Position numbers and translations under genes: made by a program | Origin: a virus | Taxonomy: Duplodnaviria; Caudoviricetes | DNA length: 37,528 nucleotides | Virus record (IMG/VR): IMGVR_UViG_3300032329_000658 | Coordinates: 1-37,528 of that record | Strand: one strand, 5' to 3' | The notes under the pieces: generated by a model | Database searches by the model: none | What the model was told of the DNA's origin: nothing | What the model saw: the letters and a program-made list of their open reading frames with translations, nothing else | In this document: one piece after another, positions 34,081 to 37,528 of the stretch | Layout of the letters: each line of letters opens with the position of its first letter | Position numbering within the stretch: position 1 is the stretch's first letter

Positions 34081-34554
34081 TAAATATTCATGCTCTGATA
34101 GATGATTGATTTTGTGTTGATCTCTAATGTGCTGCCAAAATCTACCATCAAAGAAAGCCTGGCACCATCCTTTTGTTCTTTCCCATTTTTTGCTAACGAA
34201 TTGAGCCTCACTTATGGCCGCCATAACTTTAGCTGGAGGAAGAGACCACATGAATTTAATTGTTCCTGTTATTTTATTGTAAAGCCAAACCGCTTGCTCT
34301 GGCCTGGGACTAGGCAGATACATGTAAGCATAGAACTTCTGACGAACTAATCCATGGATCAGAGGATCGCTAGCTCTTACCATCACTACAAAATATTCTT
34401 CTTCATCAAATATATGAGAATGCCTATGAGCACATTCTATCACTTGCTTAGGAGCATCCCATAATTGAGCTTCTGCAACTTCTATCCCATCATAATACGA
34501 TGAATCACTGGCGGCCTTCAGGGACTTGGCGCCAGCGGTCATGTGTAAAGTCAT
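33865..34554 (-). CDS. Hypothetical phage protein
   Basis: 229-aa ORF in the late operon between portal and scaffold. Confidence 0.75.
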   Translation of the reverse strand: MTLHMTAGAKSLKAASDSSYYDGIEVAEAQLWDAPKQVIECAHRHSHIFDEEEYFVVMVRASDPLIHGLVRQKFYAYMYLPSPRPEQAVWLYNKITGTIKFMWSLPPAKVMAAISEAQFVSKKWERTKGWCQAFFDGRFWQHIRDQHKINHLSEHEYLLKHKPALIQASGDNTKSLGSDTFDFSKITVNKIVDLNTPSSSKSILDRYGKAQNGNGNVASHKIHQFPVMS

Positions 34555-34555
34555 A

Positions 34556-34666
34556 TTATTTCTTCTTATGTTCTTTTTTCATTTCTTTTTCTTTATGATG
34601 TTCTTTCTTTTCCACCATCTTATGTTTTTCTTCTTTGTGCTTCATTGATTCTTTTTTCTTAGCCAT
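34556..34666 (-). CDS. 36-aa Lys/Glu/His-rich peptide (not in ORF track)
   Basis: GAGGA SD; MAKKKESMKHKEEKHKMVEKKEHHKEKEMKKEHKKK*. Confidence 0.7.
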   Translation of the reverse strand: MAKKKESMKHKEEKHKMVEKKEHHKEKEMKKEHKKK

Positions 34667-34674
34667 GATATCCT

Positions 34675-34947
34675 CTAATGGTCACATTCGTTTACTTTGA
34701 TATGAGTCGTCTTCCTTTCATATGCACATTTAGGATTGAAATCTGCTCCTTCCACCAAATGCATATTTTTGCTTGCTCCCGTAGCGTCGTAATGATGTTC
34801 CCAATGTTCCTTTCCTAATACTTTCTTGTTAGGAACAGAATCATCTTTACCATGGAAATCGTGCTCTTTCTTAGGTCCTTCTAGTTTAACTTTACTGAAA
34901 GGGGGATGTCCTAATGGAGCCACGCCTGCACCTTTTCTGCCTGCCAT
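34675..34947 (-). CDS. Hypothetical basic protein
   Basis: GGGGG SD; collinear in the late operon. Confidence 0.7.
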   Translation of the reverse strand: MAGRKGAGVAPLGHPPFSKVKLEGPKKEHDFHGKDDSVPNKKVLGKEHWEHHYDATGASKNMHLVEGADFNPKCAYERKTTHIKVNECDH

Positions 34948-34959
34948 ATGGCCCCCAGA

Positions 34960-35166
34960 TTAATATTTTGCTTTATTCTTTTTAACGTAGCTCGCAAGCC
35001 CTTCTGTTGATCTATCTAGATCTTTAGGATTGCCAAATTCACTAGCATATTTAATTTTAGACTCATGGCCCATTTCGCCTTGTTCTTTCTCGAAATGTCC
35101 ACTAGGCATACGGGAATTTCTCATTCCTTTTGGGTTAGCTGAACTATCGTTCTTCTCTCTAGCCAT
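34960..35166 (-). CDS. Hypothetical basic protein
   Basis: AGGAG SD. Confidence 0.7.
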   Translation of the reverse strand: MAREKNDSSANPKGMRNSRMPSGHFEKEQGEMGHESKIKYASEFGNPKDLDRSTEGLASYVKKNKAKY

Positions 35167-35167
35167 T

Positions 35168-35884
35168 TTAAACTCCTGCTTTTGGTTTTGTTATATTTTC
35201 AAGGACTTTTCTCATATGTCCTATCCATTCTTTTACACTAAATTCTCTTTTCATCATATTACAAATTCCACAACAAGAAATGCAATTTTCTATTGTATAT
35301 CCTTTCGAATTATCTATCCTATCAATGCCATTATGTTTTAAAATTCTAAATTCAACTTTTTTTGCTCTATAATTTTCTTTTGTTGAATTTGTATATCCTC
35401 CTGAACAATAACCGCATTTAGATAATACTAATTTCTCTAATTCATCTTTCGTTATGTTAAATTCGATCTCTCTTCTTTTTGCATTTCTCTTGTAAGTATT
35501 ATAAATTATTCTCACTCCTGTATGCTTAGAATTTTTTACAATTTCACATCCGCAGGATGTTTGATTTAATTCAACCAAATATCTAGCCCTAATCTTTCTT
35601 TCATTTCCGCAATCGCATTTACATAAATATACAGATTTTCCATATCCTGTTTTAGCTATTCTATCAGTGGCAATTAATTTTCCAAATCTTTTCCCAACAA
35701 GAGTAATTGCACATCCGCAGCCGCCTTTTAGGCTATTCTGTATATGAGTAGAAGTGAAACATTTCTCAAATCCACATTTACACCTACATAGCCAATAATG
35801 ATAAATGCTTTTTTCCGTTTTCTCTCTTCTTAAAACTTCCCAATCACCTACTTTTCTTCCTGTTAAATCAATCAATTTACCCAT
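35168..35884 (-). CDS. HNH homing endonuclease (NGIDRIDN family)
   Basis: DLTGRK.G, WLCRCKCG, duplicated CDCGN/SCGC arm, CGYC, NGIDRIDNSKGYTIENCISCCGICNMMK. Confidence 0.92.
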   Translation of the reverse strand: MGKLIDLTGRKVGDWEVLRREKTEKSIYHYWLCRCKCGFEKCFTSTHIQNSLKGGCGCAITLVGKRFGKLIATDRIAKTGYGKSVYLCKCDCGNERKIRARYLVELNQTSCGCEIVKNSKHTGVRIIYNTYKRNAKRREIEFNITKDELEKLVLSKCGYCSGGYTNSTKENYRAKKVEFRILKHNGIDRIDNSKGYTIENCISCCGICNMMKREFSVKEWIGHMRKVLENITKPKAGV

Positions 35885-35890
35885 TACAGC

Positions 35891-37528
35891 CTATTTTTTA
35901 GCGATTTCGTTACCTACATTATCGCTGTTTGCTGTTTTAATAGCCTGCGCCATTTCAAATGATTTTCTAAAAGTTTCCATGTCCAATGATTCAAGCTCTA
36001 TCATCATCTTTACCAATTCTAAGTCCGCGCCTAATCTTTCATGTTGCGCTTTTCCTTCTATCTCATCCACTTTAGCCAAAGATTCCTGAGTCTTTGCCAT
36101 ATCAAGTTGGGACTTAGCATATGCCTCCATAATTTTCGATTGGTCAACTTGTTGCTGCGCCTGCTGTTCTGCTTGTTGCGCTTGTTGTTGAGCCTGTTGC
36201 TCAGCTTGCATATCTTCTATAACTTGCTTCTTATTCGTTATGAATGCCGCTTGTAGGATGGATTTGTTAGATATTGGGATTCCGATCTCCTTGAAGTGCA
36301 AGAGCTGCTGGAGTTCCATTTGTCTTTGAGTAGTGCTGTAATTGCCCTCTTCAACCGCGATAGAGTACTTAAGGGAATGTGACGTGAAGAAGCGAGGATC
36401 AGGTTCATGACCAAGAATTGACTGAACCTTCCCTTTGCTAAAGTTTTTCCTAATAGCCTGTAAGCGAATCTTACCGTATAGCCTCTGAGAATAATCTGCT
36501 TTATCAAACACTGTTTGAAGGGTGACAAGACCTGCCCCTTGCCGAAGAGCAGCAAGTATGCCTGATTTATCATCTGTCGCTGCCCCCAATAATTCTTCAT
36601 TTACACCCGATATTTTAGTTATGTCTTCTGATAACGATCTGGATAGTTCCATCATGGACTGAGGGATGCTAGGAGCTTCTACTCTCTGTATTTCTTGGGG
36701 TAAATGTCCCGCCTTCAAAGGGATTAGAAATCCTTGGCCCGATTGCCTGAACGCCTTAGAATCTACCACTGCGTCTATAGGATATATCCATCCAGAGTTA
36801 ATTTGACTTTGAAGTATGTCCAGCTCTATAACCTTGCGCATGTTGTACAGATATTGCGCATCTCTAAGGTTGCGGACTATCCCCTGTATCTTCCACGCGT
36901 ACGATTGAATGTCAGGTTCGTGATAACACAGCAAAGGAACCATAGGATAAGAATCAATACGCAATAGGTTTTCTCCGTCATATACTGTCTTCCCTCCTAG
37001 ACAAATAGCAAGTTTCACCGTTGGGACTTGAGTCTTTTTAATCTTTAGCCATGGCTGCTCACGCATGATCATATTGAGCATTTCAGGATCTTCGTCTTCT
37101 TGCGGCTCCCATTCAACAGCTTCTCCTGTCTTAGGATCTAATATGATGCTTGCTTCTCTTGTAGATCTGTAATGGAATTCATCATAGCACATTAGATTGG
37201 ACACATTGAGATTGAGCAGTTCCGCTTGCAATGGAAAACGACCATCCTTTGTTCCCATTACATTCATCTTATCGATCTCTTTAGCATGACCTGGAAGTAA
37301 AGCTTTAGCTGCTGTCTTATTTACCCAACGACGACGCCAAGCAAAGGCACAATCTGTGAGATCCTGTTTCCTCCAGTTAGCGTCCATGAGTATATTATTA
37401 TAGCTAACCTGATCAGTAAAAAGATCACCAGATATGGGATCAAGAGTATAGTCAGGGTAAAGGTGAAGCATAGAAAGGCCAGTATCCATAGCCCCTTCGA
37501 AGGCTTGTGAAAAGTACTCGTGGAATCC
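35891..37528 (-). CDS. Portal protein, C-terminal part (P22-like)
   Basis: GIVRNLRDAQ..YN, ISGVNEELLG, SGILAALRQ, Gln-rich C-terminal coiled coil; frame runs off the end into nt 1-522. Confidence 0.9.
   Translation of the reverse strand, partial: GFHEYFSQAFEGAMDTGLSMLHLYPDYTLDPISGDLFTDQVSYNNILMDANWRKQDLTDCAFAWRRRWVNKTAAKALLPGHAKEIDKMNVMGTKDGRFPLQAELLNLNVSNLMCYDEFHYRSTREASIILDPKTGEAVEWEPQEDEDPEMLNMIMREQPWLKIKKTQVPTVKLAICLGGKTVYDGENLLRIDSYPMVPLLCYHEPDIQSYAWKIQGIVRNLRDAQYLYNMRKVIELDILQSQINSGWIYPIDAVVDSKAFRQSGQGFLIPLKAGHLPQEIQRVEAPSIPQSMMELSRSLSEDITKISGVNEELLGAATDDKSGILAALRQGAGLVTLQTVFDKADYSQRLYGKIRLQAIRKNFSKGKVQSILGHEPDPRFFTSHSLKYSIAVEEGNYSTTQRQMELQQLLHFKEIGIPISNKSILQAAFITNKKQVIEDMQAEQQAQQQAQQAEQQAQQQVDQSKIMEAYAKSQLDMAKTQESLAKVDEIEGKAQHERLGADLELVKMMIELESLDMETFRKSFEMAQAIKTANSDNVGNEIAKK
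37406..37528. repeat. Right copy of the 123-bp terminal direct repeat
   Basis: Identical to nt 1-123. Confidence 0.95.

Noticed and set aside
37406-37528. 123-bp terminal repeat as a biological DTR or att site
   Set aside because: It falls in the middle of the portal reading frame, which continues seamlessly across the junction. It is best explained as assembler overlap of a circular or circularly permuted genome.
1-37528. Alternative genetic code
   Set aside because: Core genes (terL, portal, MCP, nozzle) are full length in code 11, and TAA, TAG and TGA all end genes at tightly coupled junctions.

Overview
This window looks like a complete, circularly closed genome (37,405 bp unique; nt 1-123 repeat at 37406-37528) of an AT-rich tailed phage with a podovirus-type gene set. 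The minus strand carries the late genes: terS, PBSX-type terL, a P22-like portal split across the contig ends, scaffold, N4-gp56-type capsid, adaptor/nozzle, ejection proteins, a KTSC protein and two long Gly/Thr-rich fibres. There is a lambdoid-style replication module (initiator with internal palindromic iterons plus a DnaC-like ATPase), ERF/YqaJ recombination genes and RusA. I could not recognise an integrase, CI repressor, ParA/B or endolysin. About eight HNH-family genes are scattered through the genome. The most unusual signals are non-coding or overlapping: (1) a 123-nt tRNA-shaped RNA whose anticodon arm is replaced by a long hairpin; (2) a plasmid-like antisense-RNA switch upstream of the replication initiator; (3) an RNA polymerase alpha-CTD-like gene on the antisense strand of a late gene, sharing a palindromic SD region with the scaffold gene; (4) hairpins that hide the RBS and overlap the gene's own promoter, in front of four inserted genes; (5) a triple UCG-loop hairpin array in the capsid leader. 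Some small membrane proteins remind me of environmental Chlamydiae sequences (recollection only). All family calls come from reading motifs by eye, with no database searches.
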